A stretch of DNA of 64,000 nt from an uncultured bacterium (GTDB lineage Bacteria > Chlamydiota > Chlamydiia > Chlamydiales > SM23-39). Shown piece after piece: positions 51,172 to 61,702 of the stretch. The stretch covers positions 1,120,001 to 1,184,000 of the forward strand of contig OY970323.1 of assembly GCA_963716985.1 (NCBI GenBank). The letters are read 5' to 3'. Within the stretch, counting starts at the first letter, position 1, and every line of letters begins with the position of its first letter. Position numbers and translations under genes: made by a program. The notes below the pieces were generated by a model. That model had not been told where the DNA came from. It was given only the letters and a program-made list of their open reading frames with translations, and ran no database searches.

Positions 51172-53123
51172 TCAGAGGCTCTCAAAATCGCAGATGGATG
51201 GAGTTTTGCCGCTTTAATAGCAGGAACGAGCCCTGAAATCAAAGACAGTAAAGGGGTAACGATCAAAATGAAGAGCAGGGCCTCAAAGCTGAGTTCGTTG
51301 GGAAGAGAGTTGCCATAAAAGGCAGGGTTGAATGCCGTATGTCCTTGAATCGTGTTCAAGATCTCTACAAAAAAGTTGAGGTGTTTTAGGGTAAAAATTG
51401 CGGAAGTAGCGCCGATGAGGCTACTCAATGCTCCCATGATCATGCCGGAAAGCCCGAAGATGGCAGCAATGCTTGTTTTGCTGCATCCCATGGACTGAAG
51501 GATGGCAATTTCCTTCTTCTTGTCGTTGACGAGAAGGACGAGAAGGGAAATCACGTTGGAGCAGGCAACGATCAGGATGATCAGAGCAATGAGCAAGAAG
51601 AGCGTGCGGTCGCTTTGAAATTGTTCCATCAGATCTTTGGAAAACTCATACTCGCGAAAGGTCGCGATCTTCCAAAATCGATCGATCTCTTCGTCATGGA
51701 AGGCAATGGACAGCTCTTCTTTGACTCGATCTGCTAGATCTTCATTGTCAAACCAGACGTATAGGCCATTGGAGGGTGTTCCGTCCGGGGAAAATACCGG
51801 TGACGATCCGTTGATGGTCCGCGTGACGGTTTTCGGAACCACGAGAAAGCGATTTCCGATGGGGAAGACGCCCGTATCGTAAAATCCCGCTACATAGATG
51901 GGGATTTTTTGTTCTTTCGAGGTGATCAAGGAGCTTGTTGCATAGCAAAGAGAGCCGCAATCTCCGATCCGAACGCCGCTTTCTTGCAGCGCTTTGGGAA
52001 GAAGAATCGAGGTTTCCTTTTCGGAGATGGTGGGCAAAAGAATCTGTTTTTGAGAGCTAATCGCCCATAGCGTGGGTGTTATTAAAGACGAGGGAAAAGC
52101 GTTTGCGATTTCGACTTGATTGAAGGAGAGGGGGGTTTTTACAAATTTCCCTTGAATGATTCCTTGAACAGAGAGCTCCTTTTCATCTAGGGAAGCTTCA
52201 AAAAGCGGGCTGTCGGAAAGAAAACAATAGCCATCGGACGAAAGCGTGAGAGCGGTCCCGTCTGGTCTTTGCAGGACAAAATTGCCGTCTGCCTTGTTGT
52301 AAGAAAGCTGGGCGGAAATGGTGCCGTTTTTGGGGTTTTCGGAGAGGTGGACCTCTTCGACTTTGTCATTGAAGATCAATGCATTTACCTGCCATGTTCC
52401 TTCGCGAAGGGCACTGAGCGGGAAGGGAGCAAAAGGAGGGACTCTGATTTTGGGAGATTGAAGGGAGTTAAAAAGAACAAACGGGGAAGAGGGTAGGCGC
52501 CGGGCGCTGATCTGGTGAAACAGATGGTTCATATCTTGCGGGGTCGGCGGGAGCAAAAGAGAGGAGAATTGGGGGTTTTTATCGGGAAGCGACAAGAGGT
52601 AGGACATTTGCGAAAGACAGGAGATGTTGGCATCTCCCCGATGCAGAGTGAGGCGCATCAGAGCGCCGCTGATCTCATAGTCTTGAAAAGCCAATCCCTT
52701 TTTTTGTAAGATTTCATATGCCTTTTTAACGGGATCTATAATTGTGCCGTCCTTGCTCAAAATGGGCTGGGGAATGCTTTCGGGAATGGGTGCATCTTTT
52801 TCTTCGCTAAAGGAAGAGCTCGAAGCAGATTCTGCTTTTTCTCCGATCGTCTTTAAAGTGAAGTCTGCTTGGCTAGAGAATTGATCTGCTTGGTAGAAGT
52901 AAGACTGATAATACTCTTCTGTGGGAGTCAGTCGAATCGGAGCGTTTAAAGAGACCAGTTTATGGATCCAGTTCTTTTCTATGCCCGTAACCACGGACAA
53001 AAAGACAAGAACGAGCCACACTACAAGGGAGATCACCGCAACTGACAACACGGAAATAAGGGAGGTTGACAGCGAGCGTCTTCTTGGAATGAGATATTTT
53101 AACGCAACGAAGAGCTCAAGCAT
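51168..53123 (-). CDS. lolC: LolC/E-family (FtsX-like) permease
   Basis: N-terminal TM, large periplasmic region, KKKEIAILQSMG, C-terminal TMs. Confidence 0.8.
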   Translation of the reverse strand: MLELFVALKYLIPRRRSLSTSLISVLSVAVISLVVWLVLVFLSVVTGIEKNWIHKLVSLNAPIRLTPTEEYYQSYFYQADQFSSQADFTLKTIGEKAESASSSSFSEEKDAPIPESIPQPILSKDGTIIDPVKKAYEILQKKGLAFQDYEISGALMRLTLHRGDANISCLSQMSYLLSLPDKNPQFSSLLLPPTPQDMNHLFHQISARRLPSSPFVLFNSLQSPKIRVPPFAPFPLSALREGTWQVNALIFNDKVEEVHLSENPKNGTISAQLSYNKADGNFVLQRPDGTALTLSSDGYCFLSDSPLFEASLDEKELSVQGIIQGKFVKTPLSFNQVEIANAFPSSLITPTLWAISSQKQILLPTISEKETSILLPKALQESGVRIGDCGSLCYATSSLITSKEQKIPIYVAGFYDTGVFPIGNRFLVVPKTVTRTINGSSPVFSPDGTPSNGLYVWFDNEDLADRVKEELSIAFHDEEIDRFWKIATFREYEFSKDLMEQFQSDRTLFLLIALIILIVACSNVISLLVLLVNDKKKEIAILQSMGCSKTSIAAIFGLSGMIMGALSSLIGATSAIFTLKHLNFFVEILNTIQGHTAFNPAFYGNSLPNELSFEALLFILIVTPLLSLISGLVPAIKAAKLHPSAILRASE

Positions 53124-53282
53124 CTATTTTGCTTCTTTGAAAACGACATGGCGCCTAAGCGTCTTGTCATATTTTTTTAACTCCAAACGTTCTGTGACGG
53201 TCTTCTTATTCTTGGTTGTCCAATAAACAGCGGTGCTTTCCGTGCTTTTGAGTTTGATTTTTTCTCTTGCGCCCTTAGCCAT
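53124..53282 (-). CDS. rpmG: 50S ribosomal protein L33 (no Zn-ribbon cysteines)
   Basis: Manual translation [52 protein letters not shown]; below the ORF track cut-off. Confidence 0.95.
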   Translation of the reverse strand: MAKGAREKIKLKSTESTAVYWTTKNKKTVTERLELKKYDKTLRRHVVFKEAK

Positions 53283-53381
53283 TGACCTTTCCCTTAAAAA
53301 TTCTTTTCACAATGAACATATTGTAGTAGGAAAAAGGTAAAAGGACAAGAGAAAATCAACAGGCGGGCTTTGAAAATGTTT

Positions 53382-54398
53382 TTAGAAAAAATGCAAACGG
53401 GCTTTGGCTTCCAGGTCAAAAGAGCTTTTCCCTGCTTGAAGATATTTTTGTGCCCCTAGCCCCGCGATCATTGCGCCATTGTCAAGACTCAAGTTTCCGG
53501 AGGGCCAGAATAGGGAAAGGGGGCATTTTTCCGCGAAAAGCTCGCGCAAGCGCTTGTTATTCACAACGCCGCCGCCGAAGTAGATTGCTTTAAGGTCGAA
53601 GCGCCGGCATGCCTCGTTGGCTTTTTGGACCACGTCGCAAAAGACCGTTTCTTGGAAGGAGGCGGCAACGTCCTTCTTTTCGTCTTCAGAAATCAAAGAC
53701 GGGCTCTCTTTGTGCGATCCGATCCCTTTGACGGTATAAAGAATTTTCGTTTTAAGGCCGCTAAAGGAAAAATGAAAGGGGCTTTCCTTCACTTGACCGG
53801 CTTTAAAAGCATAGCGTCCAATACATCCCTTTTTCGCAAGGTTTTCTACCGCTGGCCCTCCGGGATAGAGGAGGCCTAAAATCGCTGCGACTTTATCAAA
53901 GGACTCCCCGATGGCATCATCGATGGTTGTCCCGATCATTTCATAGGTGCCGATGCTATGTATTTTCAAGAAAAGAGTATGGCCTCCGGAGAGTACGATT
54001 CCAAGAGAGGGGAACTTGAGCTCGTCCAGATGGTCCATCATAGAGGCGTATAGATGGGCCTCGACATGGTGCACTCCGATCAAGGGCTTGTTCCAGACCC
54101 AGCTCAGCGTTTTTGCGACATTCAGCCCCATAAAAAGCGCTCCCATTAGGCCGGGGCCATGGGCGACGGCAATCAGATCGATCTGCTGTGGCGAAACGCC
54201 GGCTTCTTTTAGAGCCAGGTCGATAACAAGAAGAAGAGAGTCGTAGTGCAAACGAGAGGCCATTTCTGGGAAGACGCCTCCATATTTTTCATGGAACTTT
54301 GCCTGGGAGAAGATGACGTTGGAAAGGATTTTTTTGCCATCTTCTACAACGGCCGCAGCTGTTTCATCACAGGTAGTTTCGATTCCTAAAACGAGCAT
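53382..54398 (-). CDS. tsaD: tRNA N6-adenosine threonylcarbamoyltransferase
   Basis: LGIETTCDET, HHVEAH, SGGHT, DDAIGESFDK, DNGAMIA. Confidence 0.96.
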   Translation of the reverse strand: MLVLGIETTCDETAAAVVEDGKKILSNVIFSQAKFHEKYGGVFPEMASRLHYDSLLLVIDLALKEAGVSPQQIDLIAVAHGPGLMGALFMGLNVAKTLSWVWNKPLIGVHHVEAHLYASMMDHLDELKFPSLGIVLSGGHTLFLKIHSIGTYEMIGTTIDDAIGESFDKVAAILGLLYPGGPAVENLAKKGCIGRYAFKAGQVKESPFHFSFSGLKTKILYTVKGIGSHKESPSLISEDEKKDVAASFQETVFCDVVQKANEACRRFDLKAIYFGGGVVNNKRLRELFAEKCPLSLFWPSGNLSLDNGAMIAGLGAQKYLQAGKSSFDLEAKARLHFF

Positions 54399-54464
54399 AC
54401 AATTTCAATGGGTTGATAAAAAAACTAGCAGAAACGAGAAAAAATCTCTTCTTTAAAAAAATTT

Positions 54465-55478
54465 TTATACCAAGAAATGTTGGAATTCTTCTTGCCTCTT
54501 TTCAAGATCTTTATTTTCGACAAAATGCAGGGTTTTGGGGTCGCGTTTCTCAAGTGCCCGTTCGTAGCGCTGATCGTAATAATGCAAAAGAAGGGAAATG
54601 GCCTCTTTGTAATTTTTTTCAAGAACGTAAGCAATCGCTCTTTTCATGTTCACGTGCCCGAGGCTTTTTTGGAGCTGCTCGATGCTCTTTGCAAGATCGC
54701 CTACGCTTTGAGAAGAGTAGTTGCGAATGATTCTCTCTATGCGCTCTTCCAAAGAGGCTGTAATAACAAAAACAGGGGCTTTTTGCATCTGGTCGAAAAA
54801 GTCGTCGGGCAAACGAATCTTCCCCACAAACCGGCTCTCGTCTTCTACCCAAAATCTTTCCCCTTGTAGGGAAAATAGCGAGAGTGCAAGCAGGTTCTCA
54901 AAGTGCTCTTGAGTGGGTTGGCTTTCCGTTAGTTTTCCAAAAACCGATCCGCGGTGTTTGGCTAGATCTTCCAAATCTAAAACATGTTCTTTTCTCTCCC
55001 TCATCTCTTGTAAAAGATCGGTTTTCCCAACTCCTGTTTTCCCGGAAAGGATGAGGAAGCGATAGGGAATTTGAAAGGAAGAGAGTACGAATCCCCGAAA
55101 TGCTTTATACCCCCCTGGGATGAGTATGCACTCGTGCTCCAAAAGACCCAAGAGCCATCCCATGGCCTGGCTGCGCATTCCGCCGCGCGCGCAGTAAAGA
55201 ACCGCTTTTTGAGGAACATGAAGTTCTTTGATCTTTTCGACAAAAAGGGGCAGGGAGATGAGAGACAGCCCTTTTTCAATAGCGGCTTTTTTGCCCTCCT
55301 GTTTGTAGGTGGTTCCCACGATGGCTCTTTGTTCGTCGGAGAAAAGAGGAATGTTGACGGCATTTGGGATGTGGCCGCTTAAGAATTCCCCTGGAGAGCG
55401 GACATCGACAAGGAAGGGCTCTTTTTGTTGAAAAAGAGAGGTAAAAAAAGAGATTTTTTGAGAATCAAAACGATTCAT
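54465..55478 (-). CDS. selU: tRNA 2-selenouridine synthase
   Basis: Rhodanese DVRSPGEF..YCARGGMRS, P-loop GKTGVGKT, LAKHRGSVFG, EDES. Confidence 0.92.
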   Translation of the reverse strand: MNRFDSQKISFFTSLFQQKEPFLVDVRSPGEFLSGHIPNAVNIPLFSDEQRAIVGTTYKQEGKKAAIEKGLSLISLPLFVEKIKELHVPQKAVLYCARGGMRSQAMGWLLGLLEHECILIPGGYKAFRGFVLSSFQIPYRFLILSGKTGVGKTDLLQEMRERKEHVLDLEDLAKHRGSVFGKLTESQPTQEHFENLLALSLFSLQGERFWVEDESRFVGKIRLPDDFFDQMQKAPVFVITASLEERIERIIRNYSSQSVGDLAKSIEQLQKSLGHVNMKRAIAYVLEKNYKEAISLLLHYYDQRYERALEKRDPKTLHFVENKDLEKRQEEFQHFLV

Positions 55479-56215
55479 TTTTGACCTTGTCGCTTCGAGC
55501 GATGATTTTCAAAATTTGTCCATGCTTACTTGAATGACCATCCTCTCAAAGAGTATCAGTGCTTTGGGCGCTTTTTTTTAAATAAAATTTTTTGTTTACA
55601 CTACTACATGAAAAATGGGAATGCGCCTCTAAATCTCTAACTAAAATATATTACTAAAAACGCATCCGATGCATTTGCAATGCAATCTCGGACTTCGATA
55701 TTTTAAGTGAAGCGTCTTTTTCTAGAAAAGAGAATCCCGAATACAAGGTTTTTTTGATGGGGAAGGGCAGGGCAATTTCGCTGCATCGCTTCAATTACTC
55801 ATCGGCTCCTTCCATTCAAAATAGAAGATTTTTTGGCCATGTTCACTTCTTCGGTCAGTTGTTAATGCAACTGACTTTGTTTTTCAATGATGAGGGCGAC
55901 TTTGCTGACTTGTGTCATCCACTGATCGAAAGTTTTCCCTCTCGAAATGAACAAGGCCGATTTTTTAAAAAATATAGGTAATACAAGCCCTTGACATAGA
56001 AAAACTTAAGCATTTTGTCTATGAAAAATTGGAAAAATTTCTGCTCTCAAAGGCATTTTTCAAATCATTACTTCCGCTTCCTGATTATTCATGGAGACGA
56101 TCTTTGCCACAAACATATTCATGCCCTTTATAATAAACAACATAACACAATTCATTGGCTTTCACTTGAATTCTTGCAACAATTAATCAAATATGTTAAA
56201 ATTAAGGAACGAAAA

Positions 56216-56409
56216 ATGGCAAAGCCCATTCCTGAGCGTCTGTTTTTGCAGTACATCAAACAGTTGGGAATGCTATGGGCGGTCTTCTATGCTCAATCAA
56301 GATTGGCCATAGCAAAGGAAAGAAACGAGAAGTTTCTCCAGGTAGCGTTCGGAAAGTAGAAAAATTATGTGATGAAAGGAATTTGCAATGGCCACCAAAA
56401 AAGAAATAG
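56216..56409 (+). pseudogene. Frameshifted HicA-like toxin
   Basis: MAKPIPERLFLQYIKQLG, then in another frame LCSIKIGHSKGKKREVSPGSVRKVEKLCDERNLQWPPKKK*; 194 nt, not a multiple of 3. Confidence 0.55.
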
Positions 56410-56813
56410 ATGATCATGTTAAATCAGCTCTATTAGAAATCGGGCCAATTGATCCTTGGTTTGATAAAGATATCGGAGAGTGGGTTTTCTCATCGAATTT
56501 ATATCCTGTCGAATATGGCGGAGAAACCAGAGAAGAGGTAATAAAGAATTATCCCTTATATCTGCGTGAATTCATTAAACATCGACTAGATTCGTGCCTT
56601 GATGAACTGGTAGAACGTAAAACGAAGGGCCGTGGTGGAGCAAGAATTGGTGCTGGTCGTCCAAAAGGATCAAAAAAGTCTGCTCCAACAAAAACAGTAA
56701 GACTAAAAGCAACTGTTGCTGAATGGGCAAAGAGCCACTCTAATGAAATTGAGCGTATTAGAGAGGGAGATCTTATTGTTGTAGCGGCAAAACCATACGA
56801 TCATAAGCACTAA
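56388..56813 (+). CDS. HicB-like antitoxin
   Basis: GETREEVIKN core and RGGARIGAGRPK DNA-binding tail. Confidence 0.6.
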   Translation: MATKKEIDDHVKSALLEIGPIDPWFDKDIGEWVFSSNLYPVEYGGETREEVIKNYPLYLREFIKHRLDSCLDELVERKTKGRGGARIGAGRPKGSKKSAPTKTVRLKATVAEWAKSHSNEIERIREGDLIVVAAKPYDHKH

Positions 56814-57130
56814 GAGGTCGTCCAAAAATAAGTGATACACTCTCTTTTGAATTTTCTTATTTTTTCATAGATAAAAATTTTTTTTAATTGCTGCATTGCT
56901 GCTCTTTCGAAGAACCAGATAATGCCATCCTAACATTTTGATTATCAGTGCGCTTATCTCATCTGTAGAATGGGAATTGCCTATTTGCAGATAGATTTTT
57001 GTGTGTTTAAATGCATCAGGAAACAACCTTTTTGCTATTTACAGATCGTTGTCTTTCCTTTTTAAAAGTGTCCGTAAAAGAGCAAAAGCCGATTTTCAGA
57101 TGGATTTTGAAGAATAAAAAATAGTCTGTC

Positions 57131-57183
57131 AATATGCAAATGCACATTTGCAGATTGATTTTATGGCGAAAGCTGTCTATAAT
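57131..57183 (+). promoter_or_regulatory. Sigma70/66-type promoter with adjacent palindromic operator
   Basis: AATATGCAAATG-CA-CATTTGCAGATT inverted repeat overlapping TTGATT-N17-TATAAT; AAGGAG RBS follows. Confidence 0.55.
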
Positions 57184-57207
57184 AAGGTTTAAAAAAGGAG
57201 ATCGTTT

Positions 57208-58674
57208 ATGCACCAATCACCCTTTATCGGCCGGGAGGCCGAAATGGAAAGGCTTGAAGGGCTTTTAAAGAAGAAAAGCGCGAGTTTAATAGTAGTTCGT
57301 GGACGTCGAAGAATTGGGAAAAGCAGGCTCCTTACTGAATTTGGTAAAGAGATGAAGAGTTTCTTTTTCACGGGCACTCCGCCAAGTCGCAAAACAACAG
57401 CCCAATTACAGCGTGATGAGTTTGCTCGTCAGTTAGCACGAGGAGGCATCCCGAGTGTTCATCCCGATGATTGGGGGAATATGTTTTGGCATCTTTCTAA
57501 ACATACTGATAAAGGACGTATTCTGATTGTATTTGACGAAATTTCCTGGATGGGAAATAAGGATTCAGAATTTTTAGGAAAGTTAAAAAATTGTTGGGAT
57601 ATGTACTTCAGCAAAAATTCACAGCTGATCCTCATCTTGTGTGGATCCATTTCTTCTTGGATTGAAGAAAATATTCTAAGCAGCACAGGGTTTGTTGGCA
57701 GAATTACAATTGATTTGATTCTAGAAGAGCTTCCCTTGAATATTTGCAATGCTTTTTGGTATCCAAAAGAAAAAAGAATCTCTGCCTATGAAAAATTCAA
57801 ACTTCTCTCTATTACAGGAGGGATACCTCTCTATTTAGAACAAATTCGGCCCGATTTGCCGGCTGAACAAAATATCCGAGATTTATGTTTCACAAGAGGC
57901 GGTCTGCTCGTTAGAGAGTTTGAGGAAATATTTTCGGATATTTTTTCTCGCAGTATCGCCACACATCGATCAATCATCAACTGTTTAGCAGATGGGCCCA
58001 AAGAAAGCGCACAAATTTGTAAGGGATTGGGAAAGAATCAGGGGGGAGTATATAGCAAACACTTAGATGAATTAGTTAAAGCAGGATTTGTGCAAAGAGA
58101 TTTCGCTTGGCATTTGAAAAGTGGAAAAGCGAGCAAGTTGAGCCGCTATCGACTGAGCGACAACTATCTCAGGTTTTATCTAAAATATATTGCTCCCAAT
58201 CAAGCAAAAATTGAGAGGGGCGGATTCTCGAATTTGATGTTAGCTAATTTATTGGGGTGGGAGGGAGTTATGGGGCTGCAATTCGAGAACCTTGTAACGC
58301 ATAATCGGAAGATTCTCTGGAAAATGATGGGAATACCCCCTGAAGAAATCGTGATGGATGGACCTTTTTTCCAGACTTCAACTACGAGGCAAGCCGGGTG
58401 TCAAATCGACTACATGGTTCAGACGCGTTTCAATACTCTTTACATTTGCGAGGTCAAATTCGCTAAAAATCCAATAGATCCTCGAGTGATTGGAGAAATG
58501 GAAGAAAAAATAAAACGGCTTAAAGTTCCCAAGCGATTTTCAATTAGACCTGTGCTTATTCATGTGAATGGGGTGGAAGATAGCGTTTTGGATCAAGGGT
58601 ACTTTGACAAGGTTATCGACTTTGGCCAGCTTTTGGATAGCGGCATTATTCAAGGTGCGAGGGACTCGAGATAG
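57208..58674 (+). CDS. AAA+ ATPase of the archaeal-ATPase type with winged helix and C-terminal PD-(D/E)xK-like domain
   Basis: FIGREAE, GRRRIGKS, FDEISW, CGS, TGGIPLYL, QIDY..ICEVK. Confidence 0.85.
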   Translation: MHQSPFIGREAEMERLEGLLKKKSASLIVVRGRRRIGKSRLLTEFGKEMKSFFFTGTPPSRKTTAQLQRDEFARQLARGGIPSVHPDDWGNMFWHLSKHTDKGRILIVFDEISWMGNKDSEFLGKLKNCWDMYFSKNSQLILILCGSISSWIEENILSSTGFVGRITIDLILEELPLNICNAFWYPKEKRISAYEKFKLLSITGGIPLYLEQIRPDLPAEQNIRDLCFTRGGLLVREFEEIFSDIFSRSIATHRSIINCLADGPKESAQICKGLGKNQGGVYSKHLDELVKAGFVQRDFAWHLKSGKASKLSRYRLSDNYLRFYLKYIAPNQAKIERGGFSNLMLANLLGWEGVMGLQFENLVTHNRKILWKMMGIPPEEIVMDGPFFQTSTTRQAGCQIDYMVQTRFNTLYICEVKFAKNPIDPRVIGEMEEKIKRLKVPKRFSIRPVLIHVNGVEDSVLDQGYFDKVIDFGQLLDSGIIQGARDSR

Positions 58675-59072
58675 CTTTGCAAGAGAAGAGTGGCGGCTGT
58701 CGGATCGATTTTCCCCTTTCTTTGTTTGCGGGAAAAGCCCATCTCTTTCAAACTTTGTTCTGCAATCACGCTGGTGAACCTCTCGTCCCAAAGAATGAGG
58801 GGGATGGAACATAGCTTTGCGAGGTTTGCGGCAAATGCTTCTACCTCGTTGGCCATTTCTCCCCTGGTTGCATTCATGAGAAGGGGATGGCCGATAATGA
58901 TCTTCTCGAGATCTTGGATCTTTTCGATCTCCGGGAAGAGAAAAAGCGCAGTGTCTTTGGTCCCCTTGGGGATGTCCAGGACTTTTAAGGGAAGGGCGAC
59001 TCTTTTTTGTGCATCAGAAAGGGCAAGACCAATCCGGACTCTTCCATAATCGATGGCCAAAATCCTACCCAT
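58650..59072 (-). CDS. ruvX: YqgF/RuvX nuclease
   Basis: LAIDYGRVRIGLALSD, WDERFTS, IDPTAATLLLQSYL. Confidence 0.92.
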   Translation of the reverse strand: MGRILAIDYGRVRIGLALSDAQKRVALPLKVLDIPKGTKDTALFLFPEIEKIQDLEKIIIGHPLLMNATRGEMANEVEAFAANLAKLCSIPLILWDERFTSVIAEQSLKEMGFSRKQRKGKIDPTAATLLLQSYLESLAP

Positions 59073-60687
59073 TTTTAGAATCTCGAAAGCGGATCATCGC
59101 GGCAACAAAATCGCGAAAGAGCGGGTGAGGGGCCAGCGGTTTGGATTTGAATTCGGGATGATACTGAACCCCCAGCATCCAAGGATGATCTTTGACCTCG
59201 GCAATTTCACAAAGATCTCCATTTTCCAAAGTGCCTGTGAAGATCAGTCCTTTTTCCTCAAAAAGCTTTTTGTATTTGTTGTTGAATTCATAACGGTGGC
59301 GATGCCTTTCCGAGATGACTTTTTGATTGTAGGATGTAAAAGCCTTTGATTTTTCTTTCAAAGAGCATGGATAGGCTCCGAGCCGCATGGTGCCGCCGAG
59401 ATTTTCGATTCCTTTCTGCTCTGCGAGCAGAGAGACCACGGGGTGGGCCGTTCGCGGATCGATCTCGGTCGTATTGGCATCTTTAAAAGAAAGCATATGG
59501 CGGGCAAATTCCACCACCATCACCTGCATTCCGAAACAGATGCCAAAATAGGGAACTTTATTTTCTCTGCAATATTGGGCAGCGATGATTTTTCCCTCCC
59601 AGCCTCTTTCTCCAAAACCTCCAGGAACGAGAAATCCGTCGCAATCGGAAAAAATCTTGGAAAGATCTTCCTCTTTAGTAATTTTGTCCGATTCTATTTT
59701 TTTGATCACAAGCTTCATGCCGGCAAAAATGGCTCCATGATGCAGGGCCTCGAAAACGGATTTGTAGGCATCCTGATGGTCCAGATATTTGCCCACGATT
59801 CCAACCGTTACGACTCCCTTTGGATGAAAAATAGATTGCAGCATCTTTTCCCAGGAGGCAAGGTCGGCTTGATCACATTTGAGCTGCAGCATCTTGCAGA
59901 GCATTTCATCAATTTTTTGAGCATGGAGATCGATCGGCACTTCGTAAATGCTCTTTTCCACATCTTTTTCATCGAAAACCGCTTCATTGGCCACATTGCA
60001 AAAAAGGGCAATTTTGTCTTTGAGCTCTTGGGACAAGGAAAGCTCGGATCGGCATAAAATCATGTCGGGGATGATTCCGATTTGGCGCAAAAGTTGTACG
60101 GAATGCTGCGTGGGTTTTGTTTTGACCTCTCCGGCCGCTTTTAAATAGGGAACATAGGTCAGATGGATATTGATGCAGTCATCTCTTCGTTCATTGCGAA
60201 ATTGCCGAATGGCTTCCAGGAAGGGCTGGGATTCAATATCGCCAACGGTGCCTCCGATTTCCACAAAGACAACCTGAATGTCTTTCTCTTGTTTTCCGCA
60301 GGCAATGATGCGCTGTTTGATCTCATCGGTGATATGGGGAATGACTTGCACTGTTTTGCCGAGATAATCTCCCCTCCGCTCTCTGCGGATGACCGTTTCA
60401 TAGATCTGTCCCGAAGTGGCATTGGAAGCCTTGGAAAGGGGGGAGTTGGTGTAGCGGTAATAATGGCCTAAATCCAGATCGGTTTCGGCGCCATCGTCGG
60501 TGACGTAAACTTCGCCGTGTTGGAAAGGATTCATGGTGCCCGGATCGACATTTAAATAAGGGTCTAGTTTGAGCATGGCAATTTTCAGCCCTCTGCTTTC
60601 CAAAAGTTTGGCAATGGAAGCTGCAGTGAGACCTTTTCCGAGAGAGGAGACGACCCCTCCTGTGATGAAAACATATTTTATCGACAT
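59065..60687 (-). CDS. pyrG: CTP synthase
   Basis: GGVVSSLGKG, DPYLNVDPGTM, GICFGMQ, QYHPEF. Confidence 0.98.
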   Translation of the reverse strand: MSIKYVFITGGVVSSLGKGLTAASIAKLLESRGLKIAMLKLDPYLNVDPGTMNPFQHGEVYVTDDGAETDLDLGHYYRYTNSPLSKASNATSGQIYETVIRRERRGDYLGKTVQVIPHITDEIKQRIIACGKQEKDIQVVFVEIGGTVGDIESQPFLEAIRQFRNERRDDCINIHLTYVPYLKAAGEVKTKPTQHSVQLLRQIGIIPDMILCRSELSLSQELKDKIALFCNVANEAVFDEKDVEKSIYEVPIDLHAQKIDEMLCKMLQLKCDQADLASWEKMLQSIFHPKGVVTVGIVGKYLDHQDAYKSVFEALHHGAIFAGMKLVIKKIESDKITKEEDLSKIFSDCDGFLVPGGFGERGWEGKIIAAQYCRENKVPYFGICFGMQVMVVEFARHMLSFKDANTTEIDPRTAHPVVSLLAEQKGIENLGGTMRLGAYPCSLKEKSKAFTSYNQKVISERHRHRYEFNNKYKKLFEEKGLIFTGTLENGDLCEIAEVKDHPWMLGVQYHPEFKSKPLAPHPLFRDFVAAMIRFRDSKNG

Positions 60688-61412
60688 AAGTCATCCTCTA
60701 TCTTGCAGATATCTTCAGGAATATCCACTCCTAAAACCTTTTCATTGACCACTACAATCTTAATTTTATATCCATGCTCCAGCGCTTTGAGCTGTTCTAG
60801 GTCTTCCTTTTCTTGCAAGGGGGTGTTGGGCAGGTTCACGTAGATGGGCAAGAATGAAGTGCGGTAAGCGTATATTCCCACGTGGTAGTAATAGCACATG
60901 CAGCTTTTCTTGTGGTAGGGAATCGGAGATCTACTAAAATAAAGGGCCCTGCCCTTCTGATCAAAGACGCATTTGACTACATGAGAGGAAAAAATCTCTT
61001 CCGGATCATCGATAGGGCTCACGGCAGTAGACAGAGAAGACTCCGGATCTTCTTTGAGTGCTTGAATAACATCTTCGATCGTCTTTTTCCCAATGCAAGG
61101 ATGGTCGCCTTGAATATTGACCAAGATTTCCGATTCTTTTAAAAGAGGCTCGTTTTCCAAAGACTCGGCAAGTCGTTCCGTTCCGTTCTTGCAAGAAGGA
61201 GAGGTCATAATGACGTTTCCGCCAAACGAGCGGACGTGGTCTGCAATTCTTTCGTAATCCGTGGCGACAAAAAGGCGGTCTAAAGAGGGGCAGAGGGAGG
61301 CGTTTTCATAGGTTCTTTGAATCAGGCTTTTGCCGCGAATCTGCGCTAGCATCTTTCCGGGGAAGCGCGTGCTTGCAAAGCGTGCAGGTATGACGCCAAA
61401 GACTTTTTTCAT
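60678..61412 (-). CDS. kdsB: 3-deoxy-manno-octulosonate cytidylyltransferase
   Basis: IPARFASTRFPGK, NIQGD, YFSRSPIP, LEQL. Confidence 0.95.
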   Translation of the reverse strand: MKKVFGVIPARFASTRFPGKMLAQIRGKSLIQRTYENASLCPSLDRLFVATDYERIADHVRSFGGNVIMTSPSCKNGTERLAESLENEPLLKESEILVNIQGDHPCIGKKTIEDVIQALKEDPESSLSTAVSPIDDPEEIFSSHVVKCVFDQKGRALYFSRSPIPYHKKSCMCYYYHVGIYAYRTSFLPIYVNLPNTPLQEKEDLEQLKALEHGYKIKIVVVNEKVLGVDIPEDICKIEDDLCR

Positions 61413-61702
61413 GAATCACCTCATCCTTGAGAAAATTTTCCCTCATATTCCTTTAATCTGCAAGGGAAGTTGGAGAGCTATAGCTACTCCGTTTTAAAGG
61501 AGCAACCCTCTTTGCGCGCAATTATCTCATGTCGAGAAAGAGATCAGAAAAGGGCAGAATATTGTCTATTAATAGCTTGTGATTGCCAGAAGAAAACGCG
61601 CATAAATTTGCAAAAATGAGGTTTTTCACACGCCCAAAAATTCTCTTTTATGCGATAAAAAAGAAGAGAGATGGAAAAAATTATTTTTTTTGAGGATTTT
61701 TT

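Noticed and set aside
55740..55960. Possible pseudogene relic on the minus strand (..FDQWMTQVSKVALIIEKQSQLH*..)
   Set aside because: Multiple stops and no recognisable family; cannot be supported without BLASTX
56015..56359. 114-aa ORF from the track
   Set aside because: Upstream part is AT-rich promoter DNA; the real start is probably ATG 56216 and the frame is a broken toxin gene
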